This document shows positions 55,302 to 64,000 of a stretch of DNA of 64,000 nucleotides, in pieces (the first letter of the stretch is position 1; each line of letters opens with the position of its first letter). The stretch is from an uncultured Anaerolineaceae bacterium. GTDB lineage: Bacteria > Chloroflexota > Anaerolineae > Anaerolineales > Anaerolineaceae. Location: assembly GCA_964535315.1 (NCBI GenBank), contig CAZHTS010000003.1, forward strand, positions 1 through 64,000, given 5' to 3'. A program made the translations under genes and the position numbers. The notes under the pieces were generated by a model. It was not told the DNA's origin. It saw nothing but the letters and a program-made list of their open reading frames with translations, and searched no databases.

Positions 55302-55571
55302 ATGGCTATCCAGAACACACCTGAAGAACGCCAGCTAATGAAGCTGATCGAGAAGATGCCGGTCCCGGTTGAAGACCAACAGACCTGGAATGAAACAATT
55401 CGCAATGAAGGGTTGAACGAAGAACTGGCCGAAGAAATTCGCCGCAAACTGGTGACGGTTGCTGAAGGCGAAACGCTGGCCCCGGCGCGCGCCCGCATGG
55501 CCGCCGACCTGTCTCGCCTGGTACGCTCCTGGCGCCTGGGCAAGGGCAGCCACAACTTCCACCGCCGCTGA
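55302..55571 (+). CDS. Small acidic helical hypothetical protein (89 aa)
   Basis: The ATG at 55302 has RBS GGAGG 6 nt upstream (the ORF-track start at 55275 has none). Sequence MAIQNTPEERQLMKLIEKMPVPVEDQQTWNETIRNEGLNEELAEEIRRKL..., no Cys. Sits between the rSAM gene and the ABC exporter. Confidence 0.5.
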   Translation: MAIQNTPEERQLMKLIEKMPVPVEDQQTWNETIRNEGLNEELAEEIRRKLVTVAEGETLAPARARMAADLSRLVRSWRLGKGSHNFHRR

Positions 55572-55768
55572 TCCGCTGGACGAAAAGTAAAACGAGACCG
55601 CCTCAACAGGCGGTCTCGTTTGCTTTGTATGCCGGCGCCCGGTCACCGTGTGTATAATGTTTCGAGCAGGTTTTGTCACCCCGCCTTCCCACTCATGATA
55701 TACTAACTTCATACAAAGCATATCAAGACATCCTTATCCGGGCAAGGATAGGGATACCTGGAGGGAAC

Positions 55769-56923
55769 ATGGCAGTTTATCTGGCGTTCAAGGAAGTCTG
55801 GCGTAACCGGGGGCGTTTTTTTCTGTTCAGTCTGGTGATTGCCCTGATCACCACCCTGGTGCTCTTCATCGCGGCCCTGGCCGAAGGGTTGGCGCTTGCC
55901 AACCGGCAATTCTTGCAAAAATTAGACGCCGAATTGCTTGTCTTCCAAAAAAACGTGGATACCTCGCTCAGTACCAGCCGCATCGGGCGATCCAAGATCA
56001 ACGATGTGCGCCGTATCGAAGGGGTAAAGGCCGTAGGCTCGTTGGGCTTGAGCAGTGGGACGCTGGTCTACGGCCCGTCGCGCAAGAACCTCAACATCTC
56101 GCTGATCGGCATCGAACCTGGCGAACCGGGCACACCGCTTCTATTTGCCGGCCGCGAACTGAGTACCAGTCGCGGCAACGAGGTCATCATCGACGACAAC
56201 CTTGCCAGCCGGGCCGGCGTGCGCGTCAATGATGTCATCACCATCAAGACCATTCAAGGCACCGACGAGAAATTCTTCGAACTGCTGGTGGTTGGCATGA
56301 CCGACGGCCAGCAATATCTCTTCCAACCATCGGTCTTTTTACCCTACCGCACCTGGGACCGCATCCGCCCTCAAGGCTCCAGCGGCTCCAATCTGGTCGA
56401 GTTGACCTCAAACGTCATCGCCGTCAAGCTCAATAATCCAGGTGAATTAGATACCGTCCGCAGCCGCATTGAGAGTGAGGTAGAAGGGGTCGAAGCGGTT
56501 GATATTCCATCGGCCATCGAGGCCATCCCCGGCTACCGGGTGCAACAGAGCACACTCAATACCCAGAGCGGCTTCACCCTGTTGATCGGCATCCTGGTGA
56601 TCGGCGGCTTCTTCCAGATCCAATTGCTGCAAAAAGTCCCTCAAATCGGCGTGCTCAAAGCCATCGGCACTTCTAACATCGTCGTGGCCGCCGCCGTGGT
56701 CATGCAAATTGTCCTGGTCACCACTTTTGGCGTCACCCTGGGCGGGTTGATTACGCTGGGACTGGCGGCCGGCATGCCCGCCAACGTCCCGATTATTTTC
56801 AATGGCTCTTCCGTTATCCTGGCAATCATTGCCCTGTTGTCCATTGGCCCACTGGGGGGGCTGGTCTCCGTTCGCCTGGCCATTTCAATCGAACCGCTGG
56901 CCGCACTCGGCCTGTCGTCTTGA
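55769..56923 (+). CDS. ABC transporter permease, FtsX/MacB-like (4 TM with large periplasmic domain)
   Basis: Start at MAVYLAFKEVWRNRG (RBS GGAGGG). TM1 followed by a ~220-aa extracytoplasmic domain and three C-terminal TM helices, which is the FtsX topology. Confidence 0.8.
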   Translation: MAVYLAFKEVWRNRGRFFLFSLVIALITTLVLFIAALAEGLALANRQFLQKLDAELLVFQKNVDTSLSTSRIGRSKINDVRRIEGVKAVGSLGLSSGTLVYGPSRKNLNISLIGIEPGEPGTPLLFAGRELSTSRGNEVIIDDNLASRAGVRVNDVITIKTIQGTDEKFFELLVVGMTDGQQYLFQPSVFLPYRTWDRIRPQGSSGSNLVELTSNVIAVKLNNPGELDTVRSRIESEVEGVEAVDIPSAIEAIPGYRVQQSTLNTQSGFTLLIGILVIGGFFQIQLLQKVPQIGVLKAIGTSNIVVAAAVVMQIVLVTTFGVTLGGLITLGLAAGMPANVPIIFNGSSVILAIIALLSIGPLGGLVSVRLAISIEPLAALGLSS

Positions 56924-56933
56924 GGCAGATGAT

Positions 56934-57653
56934 ATGAACACTGTAATCGAAGCCAATGAAGTTAGCAAAGTGTACCGCTCCGGCGCCAACAGCGTGCGCG
57001 CTGTAGATCAGGTCTCGTTCAACGTCAAAGCCGGTGAATTTGTTGGACTGGTCGGACCCAGCGGCTCGGGCAAGACCACCATGCTGGCCATGCTGGCTGC
57101 CCTGCTGCTGCCCAGTGAAGGAGCCGTGACCATCGATGGGCAAAATCTGAGCAAACTGAACGATCAGCAGCGCGTGCGCTTCCGCCGCGAACGGATCGGT
57201 TTCACCTTTCAATCCAACAACCTGGTACCCTATCTCACCGTCCAGGAAAACGTCGAACTCATGCTGCGCCTGAATGGGCGTTACGACCGCAGCGAGCGCC
57301 AGCGGGTGCTCGATTTGCTCGACCGGCTCGGGCTGAGCGAACGGCTCAACAACCTGCCCAGCCAGATTTCAGGTGGCCAACGCCAACGCGTCGCCATTGC
57401 CCGCTCGCTGATCCACAACCCCAGCCTGGTGCTGGCGGACGAACCCACCGCCAGCCTCGATACCGAGCGCGCTTACCAGGTCGTGCGTATCTTTTCCGAT
57501 CTGATCCATGAGCAAAACAAAGCCGGCATCATGGTCACTCACGACCTGCGCATGTGCGTTTACGTCGATAAGGTCTTCCAGATGAACGACGGCAAAATTT
57601 CCTCGGTGCTTTCGACCAAAGCCGAAATCGACGCCCTCATCTCCTGCGGTTAA
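56934..57653 (+). CDS. ABC transporter ATP-binding protein (MacB/LolD-type)
   Basis: Walker [10 protein letters not shown], signature [15 protein letters not shown], Walker [20 protein letters not shown] upstream of the ATG. Confidence 0.9.
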   Translation: MNTVIEANEVSKVYRSGANSVRAVDQVSFNVKAGEFVGLVGPSGSGKTTMLAMLAALLLPSEGAVTIDGQNLSKLNDQQRVRFRRERIGFTFQSNNLVPYLTVQENVELMLRLNGRYDRSERQRVLDLLDRLGLSERLNNLPSQISGGQRQRVAIARSLIHNPSLVLADEPTASLDTERAYQVVRIFSDLIHEQNKAGIMVTHDLRMCVYVDKVFQMNDGKISSVLSTKAEIDALISCG

Positions 57654-58071
57654 CGGCCGCGATGTTTTTCTTTCTTACGCTGCTGGCGCAGGCGATATTT
57701 TTCCGCCTGCGCTTCTTCGCGCTCCTCCTTGCCGGTCTGCCGGCGCTCTTGCTTGCCCCGTTCTCGCTCTGCCTGCAAGGCTGCTTGAGCGCGCGTACAG
57801 CTGCGCCCGCCTTGCTGCGCCATCAGACGCCGCACCTCACGCTGTCTGCGCTTGAAATTTACCTCACCCCGGTTGACGCACGACGCCGGCTCAAGTGGCG
57901 CGCTAAAAACCACCTGGCGGTTGTATTGATGTAAAGCAAAATCAAGCAATTCAGCCTCGCCCGGCTCGGCGCCAAAAACCACCCGCGCCACAGCATACCC
58001 TGCTTCATCGCCGCGTTCAAAAACCGCCACCCAAAAAGGATCTTCAAAGAGAACCGTACATGTATACGCCA
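57650..58071 (-). CDS. DUF2992 (YjdC-like) family protein
   Basis: N-terminus MAYTCTVLFEDPFWVAVFERGDEAGYAVARVVFGAEP matches the DUF2992 signature. C-terminal basic tail (KRRQREVRR...[12 protein letters not shown]). The ORF-track N-extension is discarded. Confidence 0.5.
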
Positions 58072-58202
58072 TTCTGACACCTGTCAATAAAAAAGCCCCT
58101 GCCGCGCAGGGGACTCGTAAATAAAACAACCCCTCAAAAAACGAGGGTCGAGTCACAATCGTCTGGATGTCAGATACCGTTTACTTACCCGCATTATACC
58201 AC

Positions 58203-58242
58203 CAAAAATACGACCTCCCCTGCTGAGGAACAGGGGAGGTCG
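58203..58242 (-). terminator. Rho-independent terminator downstream of the sortase-fusion gene
   Basis: 12-bp stem CGACCTCCCCTG / CAGGGGAGGTCG with loop CTGAGGAA; the - strand has a T-run after the hairpin (TATTTTTGGTGG). Confidence 0.55.
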
Positions 58243-58266
58243 CGTCTGACCGCCGGAATAATATCC

Positions 58267-60495
58267 TTACTGTGTCTCGATTGATATTAACGTTGCCCGT
58301 ACCACCAGGCGGCTGGCATACTGTCCGCTCTGAGCGTCGTAGTCCTGACAGGTGATCAGCGTCAACCAGGATTGCTCCTCGTGGCGCAGCGGGCTCAGGT
58401 CGCCCGGCTTCACCAGCCCCACCTCGCGCACCTCGTACACATAGCGCTGCCCCCACGCCTGCACTTCCACCCGGTCCCCCCAACCCAGCGTCTTCAGGTC
58501 TACAAACGGTCCCGGCTTCCCATCCGGCAGATACACGTGCCCCGTGATCACGCTGTTCCCCGCCCAGGTCGGGAACGCCGTCCCCTCCAGGTAGCCCGCC
58601 TGCTCCCACAGCCAGCTCAGATCCCAACTGTCGCCTACCTGCGGCACCCCCACCACCGCCATCTTCACCCCCAGCTTCGGCACCACCAGCTGCATATCGT
58701 TCTGCTGGCTATACACCTTCTCCAACGGTTGTTCGCCCAACAGCGTTTCCGCTCCCGGTGCAAAGCCCGTCGCCGGCAGTATCACCGCCGGGCCCTTGTA
58801 GCGCTGTCCTGCCACCCCCACTCCGCTCAGTTTGAAGCGCACCGTCCCCGGCCCCGCCTGCGCCGTCACATACGCCGTCGTCTTCGCCCCATCCAGCGCC
58901 GCCACCACCATCGCCTGCCCGGATTGGTTCGTCCGGGCACGCGGCGTGCTCAACTGCACCCCAGACCCGGCGTCCGGTGTGTACACCACCCGCCAGTTCT
59001 CCAGCGCATTGCCGTACGTGTTGTACACCCCCAGGCGCAGCGGGCTGCCCAACAGATCCCCCACCTTCTCCGTGTTCGGCAGCCCCGAATTGGCCACCAG
59101 CACCGGTTTGGCGTCGTACTCGAACGCCCCGATGTCACACTTGCCCACATTCGCCAGCCCGCGCTGATCGCGGTAGTCGCACGTCGCCATGTTCCCACGG
59201 TCGATCGCCGGACTGCCCGCCTTCAGCCCCAGCGTGCCCGTCGGCCCGCCGTTGTCCGCCACACCGTTCTCATGCAGCCCGGTGATCGCCTCCATCCGGT
59301 CCGACTTGTCGTCCGGCTGGAGTTCTAACTGCGGGTCTGTACGGTTCAACGAACTCTTGCCGCTGAACCCGCACGATGTGCCCGTATCGATGTTGTTGCC
59401 CCCGTTCTCGATCCCGCCCGCACCGCCCTTCTTCAGCGTGTTCTTGCAGTTGGTCGTGTCGTACGTCCGGCACACCTGACGCGGACGACCGCTACTATCA
59501 TATTTGTACTCGCAATCCATATCCTTGCTCTGCGCCACGATCGAGTTGCGCAGCACCACCCGCGCCGTCGTCGGCGGGCCATAGAAGGCGTTCGAGAAGT
59601 TCTCCACCGCATTCGGATTGTTCCCGTAGAACGTGCAGCGGTTGCACTCCGCAAAGCTCTGATCCCCCAGGAACGAGAAGTTCATCAGCCCCCCACCCTC
59701 GTCCATCGCCATGTTGTTGTAGATCGTCGACGTGTTGATCGTCGTTTGCGAGGCGTTGTAGATCCCGCCGCCCCGCCTCATCGCCCGGTTGTTCTGGATC
59801 ACGCTCTTCGTGATCACCGTCTCCTGCCCCCACGCATACACCCCGCCCCCGTCCATGTACGCCAGGTTGTCGGCGATGTCGCTGTTCTCGATCACCAGCT
59901 TACTCGCATACGGCGAATACATGTAGATCGCCCCGCCCAGGTGCGCCGTGTTGTGCACCAGCACCATATTCTGCAGCACCAGGCTCCCGTACGTCTTGAT
60001 CGCACCCCCATATTGCAGCTTCCCAGGGTACCCGTTGCGCAGCGTCAGGTTGCGCAGCGTCAACGTGATCTCCGAACCAAAGTCCACCACATGGAAGATG
60101 CGATCCCCGCTCATCTCGTGGCTGAAATCCTTGTAGCCATCGATGATCGTCGTGTCCGGGTCTTCGCCCACGATCGTCAGCGACCCGCCGTAGTCCTTGA
60201 TGTCCAGATCCCCGCCTGCATTCTCGTCGTCGTGCCCACCATACAGGTAATACGTCCCCGCCGGCACATAGATCTCGTCCATCCCGCTGTGCTTCGTGGC
60301 ATAGTTCACCGCACCCCGCAGACTGCAATCCCCAGGCGCGCTGGTACACGCCGACAACGAACCGTCGTCCTCGACCGTGTCCACCACCACCTGCGGCAGC
60401 GCCTGCGCCGGCGCAGCGCCCAGTGTGCCCAGCGCTCCAAGCGCCAGCGCCAGAGCCACCCCCCAGCGTACCAACTGCCATATCCTTTGCGCCAT
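58267..60495 (-). CDS. Secreted right-handed beta-helix (choice-of-anchor-Q-like) domain protein fused to a C-terminal sortase catalytic domain; internal LPATG motif
   Basis: Signal peptide (ALALALGALGTLGAAPAQA). CSLRGAVNYA and many N/G-rich beta-helix rungs. LPATG at nt 58765-58779. The C-terminal 160 aa have sortase hallmarks (VITGHVYLPDGKPGPFVDLKTLGWGDRVEV...SWLTLITCQDYD..RLVVRA) with the His...Cys(TLxTC)...Arg triad. Confidence 0.75.
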   Translation of the reverse strand: MAQRIWQLVRWGVALALALGALGTLGAAPAQALPQVVVDTVEDDGSLSACTSAPGDCSLRGAVNYATKHSGMDEIYVPAGTYYLYGGHDDENAGGDLDIKDYGGSLTIVGEDPDTTIIDGYKDFSHEMSGDRIFHVVDFGSEITLTLRNLTLRNGYPGKLQYGGAIKTYGSLVLQNMVLVHNTAHLGGAIYMYSPYASKLVIENSDIADNLAYMDGGGVYAWGQETVITKSVIQNNRAMRRGGGIYNASQTTINTSTIYNNMAMDEGGGLMNFSFLGDQSFAECNRCTFYGNNPNAVENFSNAFYGPPTTARVVLRNSIVAQSKDMDCEYKYDSSGRPRQVCRTYDTTNCKNTLKKGGAGGIENGGNNIDTGTSCGFSGKSSLNRTDPQLELQPDDKSDRMEAITGLHENGVADNGGPTGTLGLKAGSPAIDRGNMATCDYRDQRGLANVGKCDIGAFEYDAKPVLVANSGLPNTEKVGDLLGSPLRLGVYNTYGNALENWRVVYTPDAGSGVQLSTPRARTNQSGQAMVVAALDGAKTTAYVTAQAGPGTVRFKLSGVGVAGQRYKGPAVILPATGFAPGAETLLGEQPLEKVYSQQNDMQLVVPKLGVKMAVVGVPQVGDSWDLSWLWEQAGYLEGTAFPTWAGNSVITGHVYLPDGKPGPFVDLKTLGWGDRVEVQAWGQRYVYEVREVGLVKPGDLSPLRHEEQSWLTLITCQDYDAQSGQYASRLVVRATLISIETQ

Positions 60496-60563
60496 CTGTG
60501 CCTCCTTCCCGTCTCAGACCGCTCCGTTTCCATCCCGCCAGGGATGACTCAGCGGATACAGTC

Positions 60564-61793
60564 TTATTCCTCGACAAAGTTGGCAGAGGCGGTCATGTTC
60601 CAGCGCAGCCGTTCATCCTGCTGATCCAACGTAATCACCACCTTGTAGGTGATATCGCCCTGTTTGTTCTGTCCCAGCGCCTGGATGCGCTCTACCTTCC
60701 CGCTCAGTTCCAGCCCGGGGATGGCGTCCAGCGTGATCTTCACCGGCCCGCCAACCTTCACCCGCACCACGTCCAGTTCGGTCAGATCGGTCGTCTCCAC
60801 CTGCCAGGTCGCCATGTCCGCCAGCGTCGCCACCGGCGTGTTCGGCGCCACCCGCTCACCCACCTTCAAGTCGTTGGTCACCACCGTGCCCCCAAACGGC
60901 GCTTCCAGCACCATGTCATCCAGTGTCGCTTTGGCCGCATCCAGCTGCGCCTGGGCGTTCTTGATGCGCGCATCCGCCAGCGCCAGATCGTCCGGGTCCG
61001 GCCCGTTTTTCAATTCGTCAAAATCGCGTTTGGCGGTCGACAGTTCGGCTTCCGCCACCTTCAGGGAGTTATCTGCCACCCCGATTTCCAACGGATCCGG
61101 GTTCTCCAACAACCAGTTGAGGCGTTTTTTGGCGTCATCGCGCATGTCGCGCACCTTGGCCAGTTGCGACAACGCCGCCGCCCGGTTGATATCTTCTTCG
61201 TCATAATTGGCAAAATAAGCAAAGCTGTCTTCGGCGTCTTCGACCGCATCCTGCGCCAGGATGTACTCCGCCCGGGCCTGATCCAGTTTGTCCTGGTCGG
61301 CGCGGCGGTAACGCTTACGCGTCGCCTCTTCTTTGGCGTCGTCCAGCGCCTTTTCTGCCTTCGCCACCCGCAGCGCCGCCTGCGCCCGGGTCACATCCAG
61401 GTTATCGTACAGTTTATCCTTGGCCTGGCGGGCATTGAGCAGTTCCATCTCTGCCGCAGCGATAGAGGCCTTGACCTGCTCTGAACCCTGTAATCGGGCA
61501 ATCGGCTGGCCCTTCTCCACCTGGCTGCCCTCGGGCGCCAGAACTTCTTCCACCACGCCCGCCGTGGCAAAACTCAGGGTGGCATCTTGCAACGGCACCA
61601 CCTCAGCTTCGGCAATCACCCCACCCTCAGCCCGCACCGGGGCCGAAATGGCCGTCGCCTCTGCCGGCGAAGGCGTTTCCGACTGAGCACCACACCCTGC
61701 CAGCCCAAATAACGTGGCAGCTACAACCAACAAACCAACAAGGACGGTCAAACGATTTTTCATGGCATTTCTCCTCAGTGAACTTTCTGGCAT
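60564..61793 (-). CDS. HlyD/MacA-type periplasmic adaptor (membrane fusion protein) of a tripartite ABC efflux system
   Basis: N-terminal lipoprotein-like signal (LVVAATLFGLAGC). Long coiled coil (AAAEMELLNARQAKDKL...). Beta-barrel/lipoyl segments (VVRVKVGGPVKITLDAIPG). Confidence 0.8.
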   Translation of the reverse strand: MPESSLRRNAMKNRLTVLVGLLVVAATLFGLAGCGAQSETPSPAEATAISAPVRAEGGVIAEAEVVPLQDATLSFATAGVVEEVLAPEGSQVEKGQPIARLQGSEQVKASIAAAEMELLNARQAKDKLYDNLDVTRAQAALRVAKAEKALDDAKEEATRKRYRRADQDKLDQARAEYILAQDAVEDAEDSFAYFANYDEEDINRAAALSQLAKVRDMRDDAKKRLNWLLENPDPLEIGVADNSLKVAEAELSTAKRDFDELKNGPDPDDLALADARIKNAQAQLDAAKATLDDMVLEAPFGGTVVTNDLKVGERVAPNTPVATLADMATWQVETTDLTELDVVRVKVGGPVKITLDAIPGLELSGKVERIQALGQNKQGDITYKVVITLDQQDERLRWNMTASANFVEE

Positions 61794-61795
61794 TG

Positions 61796-63979
61796 CTATT
61801 CGTACGCCAGAACATCGCGAACGGTCAAACGGACTGCATTTCGCGCCGGCATAAAACTGGCCAACGTCGAAATGATCAATACCACAATCAACCAGATAAT
61901 AAAACCATCAAACGAGAAGGTCATATTGAGCGGCACGGTCAACAGCGAATACCCAACCGCGTCTCCCAACACCTTACTGATCGGGATGGCCAGCAGAGCG
62001 CCCAGCAGCCAGCTCATGACGCCAATCAGCAACCCTTCAAAAATCACCATACCCAAAATAGTCAGATCCGAAGCTCCAATGGAACGCATCACACCGATTT
62101 CGCGAGTACGTTCCATCACGTTCATGCTCATCGTTCCCATTAACCCCAGCCCCCCCACCAGGGCAATCAGGATAGCCATTGCCATGAGCGCATAGATCAA
62201 CACATCGATCTGCTGCGCCTGCTGTACACGAATCTCAGAGCCAGTCGTAATGCCGGTTGCATTAATACCTTTATCTTTTAACATCTTTTCCAACGCCTTG
62301 CCAACGCGTGTTTCTGTCAACGCGTCCTGTGAGGCAGTGATCACCCGAAACTCGCTGGTCAGGTCAATTTCATCGCGCATCTTGGCCAGGTATTCATTGT
62401 TTGCATAAACAAACGGCGGTTCTACGTTACCCGTCAACACATAGGTACCCACGATCTGCCACTTGCTTTCTTTGCCCTTAATCTTGATCGTAACCGCATC
62501 CCCCACCTTGAGATCCGGGCGTTTCTTCAATAAGTGATTGCCGACCACCAACGCATTCTGATCCTCTGGCAGCAACCAACGCCCTGCAGTCATCACGGGC
62601 TTGATCAACGCCGAACCCGCCGGCGGCGCCCACAATAAGACCTGTACCGAGGTCTTGTCGTCTGACGACATGAGCTGGCCGGTGCTGATCCCCCAGCCTT
62701 CAATCGCAGTAACGTCTGGGATGCGCAAAGCAATCTGCTCGATCTCCTTAATTCGGTACTGTTTATCCAGCGAAACGTTGATGTCCGAAAGGAAATACCC
62801 CAACGTTTTATTAATCTCAACCACAATCGAAGTACGGATATTGAAAATCGCGATAAAGATCGCTCCGCCCAATGTCAAAGTGAACAGGGTCAATGCCAGA
62901 CGCGTCTTGCGCCGGAAAGTGTTGCGCAGCGAAATTAACAACGGGCGAGACAGGAAACGAATGCTTTCTACCATCCGGTCGACCAGGCTCTTGCCAAACT
63001 GCCCGGCCGAAAGGCCATAATTACTGATCGCCTCACGCACCGTCAGGCGCGTGCCGCTGATTACCGGCCCAGCCGCAGCCGCCAAAGGTACCAGCAGCGC
63101 CACAATCAATTGCAGCACCACCGCCACAGGAATAAAACGGAACCCCAACAGGTTGAAGTTCAAGAAAGAAGCCAGCGCACTCGCCAACGAATAGGCCAGA
63201 TAACCGCTTAACGGCGCGGCAATCAAAAAAGCAATGGCCCCATAGCTGAGCACCAGGCCAATATACATGCCAATCAACTGATTGGAATCGGCGCCAATGG
63301 CCTTCATCATCCCAATCTGGCGGATGTGTTGGCTGAGCAAAGCATTCATGGTGTTGACCACCAGAAAAGCGCTTAAAAACACCGCCAACACCCCCAGCCC
63401 CCCCAGGAGGGTCAACATGGCCGCCACAAAACTACCGATCGGGTGTTGCCCAGGCTGATAGACAAAGGTGTAATAGACTTCGCGTCCGCCCTTTTCAATC
63501 TTCTCGGCCACATTTTGTGCGACCCGATTGACATGCGCCTCATTCGACTGGTCGCGCGCTACGGTGATGTACAGCTGGTTATAATCGGCCTCACCGCCCA
63601 GCCAGGTCAGGGTTTCTTCATTAACAAACCCGCTCAGTTGTTGCGAGAAAGCATACGAGAAACCGGTCACGTCATGCACAATGCCCGCCACACGCAATTC
63701 GCGCTGGCGGTTTTCACCGATGGTTACGGTGATTGTATCGCCTTCCCTGGCCGGGATGGCGCTGGCGCCCGAACGCTCAATATAGATTTCATGCAGACCC
63801 AGCGGCGGGAACGCCCCTTCGCCCTCATAACGGATCGTATCGATCTGCATCTGATCGACCGCCGGGATACGCTGGATCGAAATGGGGATCTTTTTTGTTG
63901 CGCCTGCCACCGTGGCCGTGATAGAAGCGCGGCCCTCCGCCGCGCCCACCTCCGGCATTCGTTTGACAATTTCAACCAC
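61796..63979 (-). CDS. ABC transporter permease with duplicated FtsX domains (MacB/YknZ-like, 8 TM)
   Basis: Two FtsX-type 4-TM modules, each preceded by a large extracytoplasmic domain. The frame stays open upstream to the window edge (…PESFDDDVVEIV…), so the true 5' end, or a fused ATPase domain, may lie beyond 64000. Confidence 0.75.
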   Translation of the reverse strand: MVEIVKRMPEVGAAEGRASITATVAGATKKIPISIQRIPAVDQMQIDTIRYEGEGAFPPLGLHEIYIERSGASAIPAREGDTITVTIGENRQRELRVAGIVHDVTGFSYAFSQQLSGFVNEETLTWLGGEADYNQLYITVARDQSNEAHVNRVAQNVAEKIEKGGREVYYTFVYQPGQHPIGSFVAAMLTLLGGLGVLAVFLSAFLVVNTMNALLSQHIRQIGMMKAIGADSNQLIGMYIGLVLSYGAIAFLIAAPLSGYLAYSLASALASFLNFNLLGFRFIPVAVVLQLIVALLVPLAAAAGPVISGTRLTVREAISNYGLSAGQFGKSLVDRMVESIRFLSRPLLISLRNTFRRKTRLALTLFTLTLGGAIFIAIFNIRTSIVVEINKTLGYFLSDINVSLDKQYRIKEIEQIALRIPDVTAIEGWGISTGQLMSSDDKTSVQVLLWAPPAGSALIKPVMTAGRWLLPEDQNALVVGNHLLKKRPDLKVGDAVTIKIKGKESKWQIVGTYVLTGNVEPPFVYANNEYLAKMRDEIDLTSEFRVITASQDALTETRVGKALEKMLKDKGINATGITTGSEIRVQQAQQIDVLIYALMAMAILIALVGGLGLMGTMSMNVMERTREIGVMRSIGASDLTILGMVIFEGLLIGVMSWLLGALLAIPISKVLGDAVGYSLLTVPLNMTFSFDGFIIWLIVVLIISTLASFMPARNAVRLTVRDVLAYE

Positions 63980-64000
63980 ATCATCATCAAACGACTCCGG

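Noticed and set aside
1-64000. Mobile elements (transposases, integrases, phage genes), toxin-antitoxin pairs, restriction-modification or known defence systems
   Set aside because: No DDE/serine/tyrosine recombinase signatures, no terminal inverted repeats, no methyltransferase or helicase/nuclease defence hallmarks were recognised. The only island-like trait is the low-GC kinase-caspase cassette, reported as a finding.
63976-64000. Partial ABC ATPase gene at the right edge upstream of the FtsX permease
   Set aside because: Only ~8 codons are visible and they are in the same frame as the permease with no intervening stop. I cannot tell whether this is a separate ATPase gene ending here or an N-terminal extension of the permease, so it is not listed as a feature.

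Overview
High-GC (~60-65%) bacterial chromosomal segment with Chloroflexota-like gene content: FG-GAP/Calx-beta and alpha-2-macroglobulin giant proteins, many hybrid histidine kinases, an MglA-like GTPase with roadblock proteins, and a class-E-like sortase. About 60 coding regions fill almost the whole window, usually in operons whose neighbouring genes overlap by 4-11 nt. The non-coding features I can support are one tRNA-Ser(GGA), several clear rho-independent terminators and a few sigma70-like promoters. I see no transposase, no integrase and no CRISPR array.

The most unusual feature is a two-gene cassette at 1284..5499, coupled by an 8-nt start/stop overlap and lying in a low-GC island (~45-50% GC).
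- Gene 1 (1284..3263) is a hybrid response-regulator/histidine kinase with two complete kinase cores.
- Gene 2 (3256..5499) is a single polypeptide of receiver domain, NtrC-type AAA+ ATPase (the sigma54-contacting GAFTGA motif is absent, and there is no DNA-binding helix-turn-helix), a caspase-family (C14) protease domain with an intact His/Cys dyad, and a C-terminal helical tail resembling the effector-associated death-like domains of bacterial conflict systems.
This looks like a phosphorelay-controlled, AAA+-gated caspase effector, and I do not recognise the architecture as described.

Other observations worth a second look:
- A secreted beta-helix protein fused to a C-terminal sortase domain, with its own LPATG motif just upstream of that domain (58267..60495).
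- An MglA-like GTPase / roadblock x4 / DUF4388 / metallo-beta-lactamase-fold locus bracketed by receiver-domain two-component proteins, one with a degenerate receiver (43943..48999).
- A thioester alpha-2-macroglobulin next to an FG-GAP/Calx-beta adhesin-like protein, with no PBP1c gene alongside (9123..18832).
- An sbcD-corC-sbcC operon that continues into two family-4 glycosyltransferases (25543..32974).
- A B12-radical-SAM gene followed by a small acidic protein with tandem TATAAT boxes and an FtsX-type ABC exporter (53710..57653).
- An ATGCAT-repeat operator-like array in the divergent promoter of an ArsR/DUF5937 regulator (51760..51805).
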